Below, piece by piece: positions 34,359 through 42,494 of a stretch of 64,000 nt of DNA; within the stretch, counting starts at the first letter, position 1, and each line of letters opens with the position of its first letter. A program made the position numbers and the translations under genes. The notes below the pieces were generated by a model that saw only the letters and a list, made by a program, of their open reading frames with translations, was not told where the DNA came from and made no database searches. This DNA is from an uncultured Rikenella sp. (GTDB lineage: Bacteria; Bacteroidota; Bacteroidia; Bacteroidales; Rikenellaceae), in the NCBI GenBank assembly GCA_910577885.1, contig CAJTNK010000002.1:21580-85579 (forward strand), given 5' to 3'.

Positions 34359-35638
34359 TTCCCATTACGCTCAAATAAATAATTCACATCTAACTCCCAC
34401 AGATCGTTCCAACGCCACAAAATCCACTTGATAACCTCTACCGTCCAGCCGTTGCCCAGCAGGCGGTATATCTGCGAGTCGCTGACCACCCATTCGTACC
34501 ACGTCGGAATCGTCTGCAACCGGGCGCATTCGGTCGGTGTCAGGCGGCGGATGCTGCGATCTGTGAGTATTTTAGCTTGCAAATTTCCGCCTGTGCCGGC
34601 ATTTAATGTCGGACTCTTGCCGGCCGGGTCATAAATTCGATTTTGCTGTCGGGGCTGACCTCCAAACTCTCGACTGGGGTTCAGTTGGACGACCATCGGA
34701 ATATGCCCGCCGCCCATACCTGCCGAAGCCAAAATCGGCGTACTTTTATTAACCGACACCGTGGCGTGTGCTTGGTTGGAACTTACACAAAGCAGGTTGT
34801 TTCGTTCCCATCCATTCGCCGATAAGGTCGGAACCTTGCCCACACGCTCACCACCCTTATTATAGCCCCGCGGACGTTGTACAATGAACGTTCCCGTCCA
34901 GCTGGCGACGCCTTTTGCGGTCAGACACACCGCCTTTTTGCTTCCGTCGTTCAAGTCCGTGTGTCTTCCAAGACGTTTCGGATCGGTGATATAGCGCGCC
35001 ATCTTCTCGCTGACATTATATTTCTCCGGCACCTCCGTTTCAAGGATGTCCCGAAGAAACACCCCCCGGTCTTCCGGTTGCGGGATATCGCTGTGCAGCT
35101 CTCCAAACAGACCTTCTCGTCGCGTCCGAATGTCTGTCCAGTACCATCTGTCGCGGTTCTGCGCGCTAACGAGCGACGAGTTGATCCGGACGGGAAATAC
35201 GCCGACGCGCTCCGAAATCACCCGCAGGTATTCCCGCTTCATATTGACGTTTTCGAGTAGGAAACGGACATCGGGGTTATGCTGCCGAACGTGGTTCAGA
35301 ATATCAACGAAAACAAAAAACAACCGGCTGCGGGGATCGTCGAACGCCATCTGCTTGCCGGCGAAACTGAATCCCTGACAAGGCGATCCGGCCAACACGA
35401 GGTCGATTCCCGCCCAATCGACCTCCCAATCCCGCCACCGCTCCACGTCGCCGAGCTGCACGGTGTCCGGAAAATTGTGCTGCGTCTGTCGGATCGGATA
35501 CTTGTCGATCTCGGCGGCGTAATAGATCTCCGGCTCCACACCGAGTTCCCGCAGGGCGATTTGTCCGCAGCTCATACCATCAAATAGGCTTAAAATCCGC
35601 ATTCTTTTGCAGTGTGGTTCGGGTGGCTTCATGGTCAT
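34355..35638 (-). CDS. DNA (cytosine-5)-methyltransferase (427 aa)
   Basis: Motif I LSLFDGMSCG, motif IV GSPCQGFSFAGK, motif VI FLLENV. C-terminal RRLTPTECARLQTIP and LLGNGWTV. Start fixed by an ATGA overlap at 35635-35638. Confidence 0.9.
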   Translation of the reverse strand: MTMKPPEPHCKRMRILSLFDGMSCGQIALRELGVEPEIYYAAEIDKYPIRQTQHNFPDTVQLGDVERWRDWEVDWAGIDLVLAGSPCQGFSFAGKQMAFDDPRSRLFFVFVDILNHVRQHNPDVRFLLENVNMKREYLRVISERVGVFPVRINSSLVSAQNRDRWYWTDIRTRREGLFGELHSDIPQPEDRGVFLRDILETEVPEKYNVSEKMARYITDPKRLGRHTDLNDGSKKAVCLTAKGVASWTGTFIVQRPRGYNKGGERVGKVPTLSANGWERNNLLCVSSNQAHATVSVNKSTPILASAGMGGGHIPMVVQLNPSREFGGQPRQQNRIYDPAGKSPTLNAGTGGNLQAKILTDRSIRRLTPTECARLQTIPTWYEWVVSDSQIYRLLGNGWTVEVIKWILWRWNDLWELDVNYLFERNGK

Positions 35639-38133
35639 GCCGTTTGAATCATGTCGAAAAGCGTAGGAGCATTGCGGTTTTGTTCTGCCTCTCGGAGGTA
35701 AGCCAACGAATCCCGCCAATAATCCGGATTCAGCTCCGTAGAAAGACCGAAACGCCCCATCTTGACAGCCGTGTACGGTACCGTGCCGATCCCTCCGAAC
35801 GGATCATAAACCACCTCGCCCGGATTGCTGTACCGATTGATGATCCGCTCCACGATGTCCAGCTGGAGCGGGCAGATGTGGTTTTGGAGCCTCTTTTGCT
35901 TCTGTCGGCTGTTGAGCGTCCGCATCCGGACGACATCGTCCCACACCCATTCCGACTTGCTGACCGGGTCCACTGCCATAAACGTCGCCGGCAACCGCCC
36001 TGCCGCATCCATCCGTTTGGCCAACTCCACGTGAGCCGCATAGTCGTACACCAGTTCCCAGGATTGGAGGCGAAAGAATCGGCGCGCCTTGTCCACGTCC
36101 ATGGCCGCAAACTCATCCGCCGACAAGAGCCGGTTGCCCGAACTGTTCCAAAAGGCGTGCGCGTCGATCTGCCATTGCGCCCGTGTGTACTCCTCTTTCG
36201 ACTTGCATACCGGAACATCCGCGTATGCTTTGCTCCCGTCCGTGGGCCGCTTGCGGAACAAAAGAATGTATTCCGGACACCCCACCCCCATTTTTGAGCC
36301 GTCTTTGCACTGCTCCGACCATCCGAGGCGGTAAGTCTGGTTGTTCTCCCGCACCACGTCCGTAACTACCGTAATCATCCCCACCATGTGAAACCCGTGT
36401 TTGAGGTAGTGCGAAATGCACTCCGAATGGAACGGGTCGATGGTCGGCATCCCGGTACCCGTGGCGTTGCCGAATAATACCCGGTCCTTGACATGGACCG
36501 CCGCGATCCGCCCCGGCTGGAGCACCCGCAACAGTTCCGGCGTCAGGTAATCCATCTGCTCGAAGAACTTGGCGTTGTTCTCGTTGTGGCCGAAGTCGTT
36601 GTAACTGGGCGTATATTCGTAATGGTTGCTGAACGGGATCGAAGTGTGGATCAGCGCGACCGAGTTGTCGGCCATCCGGGCCGTCTCGATCGTCGTGTCG
36701 TTGTGAATGGCCCGATAGTAGCGGCCGACCTCTTCCCGGCGTTCGACGCCGATAGAACGTTGCATTTTCTCGTAAATGTGAGTGGTGTTCAATCCGTTTT
36801 CCTGAATAATCCGCGTCATCTGCTCGACCAAATAGTCATGCTGTTTCCATTTCTTCTGCAAGGCTTTGAGGATTTCGCCCTCGCTTTCGGCATAGATGAT
36901 GTGTATTTCGACCTCCTCGGTTTGCAGGAAACGATACACGCGGTGGACAGCCTGAATGAAATCGTTGAACTCGTAACCGATGCCCGTGAAGATCGCCTTA
37001 TGGCAATGCCGCTGAAAGTTGCATCCCTGGCCGCTAATGCTGGGTTTGGTGGCCAAATATTTGATCCGTCCGTGCGAAAAATCGACGATTCTCTGTTCTC
37101 GCTGTTCGAGGTCTTGCGAACCGTACACCTCCGTGATCTCCGGGATGGCCGCTTTGAGTGCATGGCGTTCCGCTTCGAGGTCGTGCCAGATTACGTAATG
37201 ACTCTCCGGATCGGCCTCGATGATCTCCCGGGTCTTGGCGATCCGGGCCGCCATGCTGTCGCGCTTCTCGCGGGCCGCCTCTTTGAGGCCCAACGCCGCA
37301 TCGCGGAACAGCTGGCTTTGGCCGAACTTGTCCACCAATCCCGCATCGTGCTCGACCGCTACTTCATGGTAGATTACCCGCATCTCCGGCAGGTCATACC
37401 CTGCGTCGTCGAAACCCAGGTCGGACGGCTTGGTGATGAACAGAGCCCACGACGACAGCCACAACCAAAATTCACGCTCCTTGTGCGGATAGAGGGTCAG
37501 GTTGTTGGCCTTGGTGCTGTCGCGTTGGAAAAAGCGCGTCAGAGCCTGGCCGGTGTCCATGATACCGAGGAAACCGGCATAATGGATCAGCTCTTTGTAC
37601 TTGTTTGGCGACGGGGTGGCCGTGCAGACGAACCGGTATTTGACATCGCGGAACTTCGACAGGAAAGTTTGGTAGGTCTTCGAGCCGAACGACCGCAATA
37701 TCGATGCTTCGTCCAGGCAAACGACCGTATAGTCGTTCGGGTTTATATCCCCGTCCCGCATCCGCTCGTAATTGGTAATCTGTACGGTGGCGGTGCTGGC
37801 CAGCGATTCGGCCCGCGTGCGGACGTACTCGACCGTCAGCCCAAGCAGATTCCGGGCGTCCTGCGTAAACTCCTGCTTGACACCGAGCGGGCAGACGATC
37901 AGCGCGCGCCCTCCCTCCCGGGCGGTAATGATTCGGCATATCTCCAGCTGCTGGAGCGTCTTGCCAAGTCCGAAGCTCTCGAACAAGGCGCGGCAACCGC
38001 CGCGAACGGCCCATTTGACCGCTTCGCGCTGGTGCGGTTTGAGGATCGGGGATAATTCTCTCTCCTCAACTTCAAATCCGCTCTGTACGGCCAAATTGAT
38101 CTTGCTGTTCAAAAAATCCGAATAGTTTTTCAT
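35635..38133 (-). CDS. SNF2-family helicase fused to a beta-class N6A/N4C DNA methyltransferase (832 aa)
   Basis: N-terminal half: LKPHQREAV, GLGKTLQ, CLDEAS, TATPSPN, and C-terminal helicase motifs (SGQGCNFQ...). C-terminal half: IHTSIPFS (motif IV position) and VVYDPFGGIGTVPYTA (motif I), in the order typical of the N-4/N-6 methylase family. Confidence 0.8.
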   Translation of the reverse strand: MKNYSDFLNSKINLAVQSGFEVEERELSPILKPHQREAVKWAVRGGCRALFESFGLGKTLQQLEICRIITAREGGRALIVCPLGVKQEFTQDARNLLGLTVEYVRTRAESLASTATVQITNYERMRDGDINPNDYTVVCLDEASILRSFGSKTYQTFLSKFRDVKYRFVCTATPSPNKYKELIHYAGFLGIMDTGQALTRFFQRDSTKANNLTLYPHKEREFWLWLSSWALFITKPSDLGFDDAGYDLPEMRVIYHEVAVEHDAGLVDKFGQSQLFRDAALGLKEAAREKRDSMAARIAKTREIIEADPESHYVIWHDLEAERHALKAAIPEITEVYGSQDLEQREQRIVDFSHGRIKYLATKPSISGQGCNFQRHCHKAIFTGIGYEFNDFIQAVHRVYRFLQTEEVEIHIIYAESEGEILKALQKKWKQHDYLVEQMTRIIQENGLNTTHIYEKMQRSIGVERREEVGRYYRAIHNDTTIETARMADNSVALIHTSIPFSNHYEYTPSYNDFGHNENNAKFFEQMDYLTPELLRVLQPGRIAAVHVKDRVLFGNATGTGMPTIDPFHSECISHYLKHGFHMVGMITVVTDVVRENNQTYRLGWSEQCKDGSKMGVGCPEYILLFRKRPTDGSKAYADVPVCKSKEEYTRAQWQIDAHAFWNSSGNRLLSADEFAAMDVDKARRFFRLQSWELVYDYAAHVELAKRMDAAGRLPATFMAVDPVSKSEWVWDDVVRMRTLNSRQKQKRLQNHICPLQLDIVERIINRYSNPGEVVYDPFGGIGTVPYTAVKMGRFGLSTELNPDYWRDSLAYLREAEQNRNAPTLFDMIQTA

Positions 38134-38137
38134 AGTC

Positions 38138-38611
38138 TCAACGTTTTTCGTCTATCAATCGCCCGACAAGGGCACTGCATTCGTCCGGGTTTCGCGGCAG
38201 CTCGATTCGGGTTGTCATGCCCGCTTCGGCGAATTGCCGTTTTAAGAGTTTGATGCGTAACGTACCTTGTTGCGTCTTGTGGCCTTTGGTGTCGATCACC
38301 ATGTCGTGATCTGGCAACCAAAAGTCTGTGGTGTATGTTATGGGTCGTACCGTTTCGCCATTGTACCGGAATCCCTCTCGCAAGACGTACCGTTTCTGAA
38401 ACTCGAAACCGATTCCGTGCAAGGTCAGCAGGTCATACATGAAGCGTTCGACCTTGCTGGCGAAAACAACCCCGTCCCGCTCGATTCGGGTGGCATTCCG
38501 GACCTTCCGATTGCCGTTCGGACTTCCGCTTGACCACATCGCCCGAAGCTCCTCAACAGTCATCGTTTGGCTCTCCTTCCGGTTGCTCCTCTTCATCTTC
38601 GATCGGTTCAA
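38138..38611 (-). CDS. DUF1064-type PD-(D/E)xK nuclease-fold protein (157 aa)
   Basis: The pattern FASKVERFMYDLL...ITYTTDFWLPDHDMVIDTKG (S..E...Y..L; Y.aDF; v.E/D.KG) matches phage DUF1064. Confidence 0.6.
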   Translation of the reverse strand: MNRSKMKRSNRKESQTMTVEELRAMWSSGSPNGNRKVRNATRIERDGVVFASKVERFMYDLLTLHGIGFEFQKRYVLREGFRYNGETVRPITYTTDFWLPDHDMVIDTKGHKTQQGTLRIKLLKRQFAEAGMTTRIELPRNPDECSALVGRLIDEKR

Positions 38612-38819
38612 AAGACATGTCCGTTGCCGTACGGTGCGAGACTATCGCCCCTTCCTCTTCGAGTGTCGCCAATTGCTCGTTGATGCCTCCGGTTCCTCCG
38701 GCTGCCACATATTCCTGCCATATTTCCCGCCACAGGGCGAAAACCGGATCTTGTCGGGCTTCCCGCTTGCGGGCGACGATGCGGCGGATGATGTCGAGTA
38801 TTTCCATGGCATTACGCAT
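38553..38819 (-). CDS. small acidic hypothetical protein (88 aa)
   Basis: Internal Met of track ORF 38553..39005. Overlaps the replication gene stop by 8 nt. Acidic tail EPIEDEEEQPEGEPNDD. Confidence 0.35.
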   Translation of the reverse strand: MRNAMEILDIIRRIVARKREARQDPVFALWREIWQEYVAAGGTGGINEQLATLEEEGAIVSHRTATDMSFEPIEDEEEQPEGEPNDDC

Positions 38820-39696
38820 TGGGGGAGATGTCTTGTCGACGGGTGAATAGCTTTTTGCCGTTCGGGGTCGTCGCCACCGGTCCGAAATCGTCCATCGAAT
38901 ACCGCCCCGTGGATACCAGGTCGCAAACCTCGCTGTACGTGTACTGCTTCCCCGCTGCGGCCTCTTTGCGCTCACGTAGAATCGCATCCCGACCGGCAAA
39001 GGCAACGAAGGTGGAGTAAGCCGACTTGTTCTTGGTCGCCCCCTTGTTGTCCATGGCCATCACAATCCGCCGTATATCCTCGTCGGCGTATTTCCCAGCC
39101 AGCCATTCGGCCTGCTGCTCGGTCAGCGGGTCGGCCATGCGCTGCACGGTCGGATAGTTCGCTTCGATCCAGCTCAAAATTTCCGTCGCGCGCGATTTTT
39201 TCTTACGTTCTGTGGAAAAATCTGTGTGTGTGATATTCTTACATTCTATATTCTTTTCATTCTTACATTCTTGTATAGTGGTCACTTGCCGGTCAGTCGT
39301 TGTGCGCTCGATGGTCGGTCGTTGGTCATCGGTTGGGCGACGGTTGGCCGTTGGCTGGTCATTCGGCTGGTCGGCTCCTTGGTAGATCGCCCAGTTACAG
39401 ACTGAAATTAAGGTGCTTGTGTTGGTCGGTCGTTGTTCGATCTGTTGTTCACTCTCAAAGAGTTTCAGAATCCGGCGCACCTTACTTTCGTCTATGCGGA
39501 ACATTTCGGCGATTTTCCGCCGCCCAGTAATCAGCTGCCCCGGTTGCAGGGTAATTCGCTTGCCGTTGAACATGGCATCCGTGGGCGTATGCGCGGCGTT
39601 ATGCAGCAGATAGCCCCATACGGCGTAATGGTCCGCATCTTTGCAGACTATCGGATTATCGAGTATTGCCCTGTATGATTTGATCCAACCTTCCAT
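38812..39696 (-). CDS. phage replication protein / replisome organiser-like (294 aa)
   Basis: The N-terminal winged-helix-type pattern MEGWIKSYRAILDNPIVCKDADHYAVWGYLLHNA...LQPGQLITGRRKIAEMFRIDESKVRRILKLFE is common in phage replication initiators. The linker is T/Q/P/D-rich. Confidence 0.55.
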   Translation of the reverse strand: MEGWIKSYRAILDNPIVCKDADHYAVWGYLLHNAAHTPTDAMFNGKRITLQPGQLITGRRKIAEMFRIDESKVRRILKLFESEQQIEQRPTNTSTLISVCNWAIYQGADQPNDQPTANRRPTDDQRPTIERTTTDRQVTTIQECKNEKNIECKNITHTDFSTERKKKSRATEILSWIEANYPTVQRMADPLTEQQAEWLAGKYADEDIRRIVMAMDNKGATKNKSAYSTFVAFAGRDAILRERKEAAAGKQYTYSEVCDLVSTGRYSMDDFGPVATTPNGKKLFTRRQDISPNA

Positions 39697-39707
39697 CGTT
39701 TGTTCGT

Positions 39708-40019
39708 TTATTGGGCCGGTTCGTTTTTGGCATTCAAAATCCGGTCGATGTCCGATTTTCGGTACCGACGTTGCCCGCCGATCTCGATGACTTTCAAGTA
39801 GCCGTTTTTATCCCACCGCCAAAGCGTGCTGCGATTCACCGACAGCTTTTCCGCCACGTATTCGATTGTGTACAGCGTTTCCGTCTTTCCGTCGGCGATT
39901 TCCCGCTCGATTTGGAGGCGTGTGGCATCGGCGACGCTTTGGGCGAACTCTTTCAAATCCGCCGGCGAAATCGCCAGGGTGATGTTGGCCCCGCCGTTTA
40001 TCAATTCTTCGATTTTCAT
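39708..40019 (-). CDS. excisionase-family HTH (HTH_17/MerR-like) DNA-binding protein (103 aa)
   Basis: YTIEYVAEKLSVNRSTLWRWDKNGYLKVIEIGGQRRYRKSDI matches the excisionase-family DNA-binding domain. Confidence 0.6.
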   Translation of the reverse strand: MKIEELINGGANITLAISPADLKEFAQSVADATRLQIEREIADGKTETLYTIEYVAEKLSVNRSTLWRWDKNGYLKVIEIGGQRRYRKSDIDRILNAKNEPAQ

Positions 40020-40030
40020 AGCTGCCCTGT

Positions 40031-40237
40031 TTATGAATCGCGCATTACTTTGATACTGTCGGCCCTCAGGGTCGCGGCGACGACCAACCGAACTTTCTTG
40101 CGCTGCGAGTACCGAGACGCCGCCGACCGCACGTTCGATTCGGTGGCATCCGAAAGCCGGATTTCAACCGTATCGCCGGCCTTTTTGAGGTTGTCGAACG
40201 TGGCGATCAGATCGACTCTTTTTACAATTTCTACCAT
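40031..40237 (-). CDS. hypothetical early protein (68 aa), Cro-position gene
   Basis: First clear minus-strand ORF leaving the immunity region. No motif recognised. Confidence 0.35.
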   Translation of the reverse strand: MVEIVKRVDLIATFDNLKKAGDTVEIRLSDATESNVRSAASRYSQRKKVRLVVAATLRADSIKVMRDS

Positions 40238-40349
40238 GTGCGTTTTTTGAATTATCGTTCCCGCCCCGGTCTCGCTCCGGGTTGCCAGTCGTTAGCTGCC
40301 TACGGGAAAACACTTAACTTTGAGGTGTCCAATCTTAAAATCAAGTGTT

Positions 40350-40784
40350 ATGAATACTCAACAAACCACTGATCCTGTTGATCGCATTTCAGATTATTGT
40401 CGGGATCATCTAAATAAACTCGAACGGGTTTTTCAAAATCTTCTAATCGTATCGACAAGTATCCTTGGAATACTGGTTGCCCTTCCTGTAAACATTTCCA
40501 CCTTACCCACTCTCCGAGTTCTGTATCTTGTCGCTCTAATTCTATTGTGCATTTCCTGTCTGTTAAATGCGATTCAACTATACGCACTATCCAATCATTC
40601 GCTGAAAATGGCGCAGGTGTTAGTAAAACAAATCCGCCAGGTCTTAAACGGCTCTTCCGTTCACTGTACCATTTATCTACCCGTTCCCAAATGGATTGTA
40701 GTTTTTCAAAAAATCGTCTTGCTATGCTTTCCCGTTTCACTTGTTTTGTTGGCATCGTATTCGATTCTTAAAGCCTATTTATAG
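40350..40784 (+). CDS. three-TM membrane protein upstream of the repressor (144 aa); ambiguous with antisense ORF 40348..40755
   Basis: Hydrophobic segments LLIVSTSILGILVALPV, LRVLYLVALILLCISCLLNAIQLYAL and IVLLCFPVSLVLLASYSIL. The low GC matches the + strand immunity/cargo genes. The opposite strand also carries a 135-aa open frame with a soluble-protein composition. Confidence 0.35.
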   Translation: MNTQQTTDPVDRISDYCRDHLNKLERVFQNLLIVSTSILGILVALPVNISTLPTLRVLYLVALILLCISCLLNAIQLYALSNHSLKMAQVLVKQIRQVLNGSSVHCTIYLPVPKWIVVFQKIVLLCFPVSLVLLASYSILKAYL

Positions 40785-40864
40785 TTATCGCGCTCCGTTA
40801 ATTTGTTATCTTTGTTAATCGCTTTCTGTTGTAACGCCGTTATAACCGTGTTGCAAGGGCAAAG

Positions 40865-40884
40865 ATTGCGAATATCATCGCAAT
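40865..40884. promoter_or_regulatory. candidate operator (inverted repeat) upstream of the repressor gene
   Basis: ATTGCGA-ATATCA-TCGCAAT. The half-site TCGCAAT recurs at 40908-40914, overlapping the repressor ATG. Confidence 0.3.
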
Positions 40885-40912
40885 AAACAAATAATTCACT
40901 AAGATTTTCGCA

Positions 40913-41293
40913 ATGACAAAGCAAAGAATTTTACAATACATTGAATTTAAAGGGATTAGTAAGACTATTTTTTTTCAATCAACGGATATAAAACGGGGGT
41001 TGTTAGATGCAGACAAGATGAATGCAACTGTTTCCGATGTTGTTCTTGCGAAAATTTTAGCTGTTTATCCCGATCTGAATATCGAATGGCTTATTACCGG
41101 GAAAGGGGAGATGTTGAAAGAAGATAGTTTGAGTATTGCAAAAAATGACGTAAAATTGTGGACGGTGATCGAGTCGCAACAGCGCACGATCGAGCAGAAT
41201 GCCAATACGATTGCTGCATTGACTCAACAATTGGCGCAAAAGGGGGATGTGGCGGGTGTGCCGGGTGTTGCACCGACGGCGGCACGCGGATAG
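40913..41293 (+). CDS. CI-type phage repressor, HTH (126 aa)
   Basis: MTKQRILQYIEFKGISKTIFFQSTDIKRGLLD...VLAKILAVYPDLNIEWLITGKGEM matches the bacteriophage CI repressor HTH pattern common in Bacteroidales. Divergent from the early genes. Confidence 0.7.
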   Translation: MTKQRILQYIEFKGISKTIFFQSTDIKRGLLDADKMNATVSDVVLAKILAVYPDLNIEWLITGKGEMLKEDSLSIAKNDVKLWTVIESQQRTIEQNANTIAALTQQLAQKGDVAGVPGVAPTAARG

Positions 41294-41379
41294 CCTCGGC
41301 ACCTCAACGGCATGCCGCATTTCGGACATTCAAGAAAAGCGCGCTTTAACAATTAGAAATATCTACTAAAATTTTTCAC

Positions 41380-42474
41380 ATGGATTTTCAAGACATTATA
41401 CGGCAGTTGGTGGAACGCATCGAAAAGATGAAAGATAACGTTCTGACGGAAGAGGCGACAAAAAACGCTTTTATTATGCCGTTTATCAATGCGTTGGGTT
41501 ACGACGTTTTCAATCCGACCGAAGTCGTTCCCGAGTTCATCTGCGACATAGGCATCAAGAAAGGGGAGAAGATCGATTATGCCATTATGCAGGACGGGAA
41601 GCCTGTCATTCTTATCGAGTGCAAGCATTGCTTGCAGGATCTTAGCCTGCACGATAATCAATTGTTGCGGTACTTCACCGTTTCGCCGGCCAAATTCGGT
41701 GTGTTGACCAATGGTATCATCTATCGATTCTATACCGATCTGGAGAAAGAGAATGTGATGGATGAAAAACCGTTCTTGGAGGTCAATTTGTTGGAATTGC
41801 GGGACACACAGATCGAGGAGTTGCGCAAGTTCCATAAGTCGTATTTCGATGTGGATAACATCATGAATACGGCAAGCGAACTCAAATATACGAATGAGTT
41901 GAAACGGCTGATCGCTTCCGAGATGAGTAATCCGACGCCGGAATTTGTGAAGTTTTTCGCTCGGCAGGTGTATAGCGGCCAGATGAAAGAGCGGGCAATG
42001 GAGCAGTTTACCGGCTTGATGAAGCGTGCCGCCTCGCAGTGGAAAAACGACATTATCAATGAACGGTTGAAAGCCGCTTTAAATAATGACGTTCAAGTTT
42101 CGACCACCTCTTCAGCGGAAAAATCGGAACCAGAGGCGGAACATTGCGAAGATTCCGACAACGGTATCGTAACTACTGCGGAAGAATTGCAGGGCTATTA
42201 TATCGTTAAGTCTATTCTGGCGCAAAAAGTATCTTTGAATCGAGTTGTCGGGCGCGATACGAAGTCGTATTTCGGGGTTCTGCTGGATGACAACAACCGG
42301 AAGCCGATTTGTCGATTGTGGTTCAACCGGAGCAATAAATACGTCGGCACATTCGATGCGGAGAAGAATGAGACTCGACATTTGGTCAACAGCCTGGACG
42401 AGATTTATACTTTGGCGGAACCTATCTGTGCGGCTGTCGATTATTACGAAGGGACGACCAACGGCGGGGAGTAA
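41380..42474 (+). CDS. HsdR-N-type (type I restriction enzyme R N-terminal domain) PD-(D/E)xK protein with uncharacterised C-terminal domain (364 aa)
   Basis: LTEEATKNAFIMPFINALGYDVFNPTEVVPEF...GEKIDYAIMQDGKPVILIECK...FGVLTNGIIYRFY is the HSDR_N-type signature (D..E.K core). Confidence 0.7.
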   Translation: MDFQDIIRQLVERIEKMKDNVLTEEATKNAFIMPFINALGYDVFNPTEVVPEFICDIGIKKGEKIDYAIMQDGKPVILIECKHCLQDLSLHDNQLLRYFTVSPAKFGVLTNGIIYRFYTDLEKENVMDEKPFLEVNLLELRDTQIEELRKFHKSYFDVDNIMNTASELKYTNELKRLIASEMSNPTPEFVKFFARQVYSGQMKERAMEQFTGLMKRAASQWKNDIINERLKAALNNDVQVSTTSSAEKSEPEAEHCEDSDNGIVTTAEELQGYYIVKSILAQKVSLNRVVGRDTKSYFGVLLDDNNRKPICRLWFNRSNKYVGTFDAEKNETRHLVNSLDEIYTLAEPICAAVDYYEGTTNGGE

Positions 42475-42494
42475 TAGTAGACCCTGGGCGTTTC

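Noticed and set aside
36493-38055. 520-aa + strand ORF
   Set aside because: It is an antisense shadow of the SNF2 helicase-methyltransferase gene.
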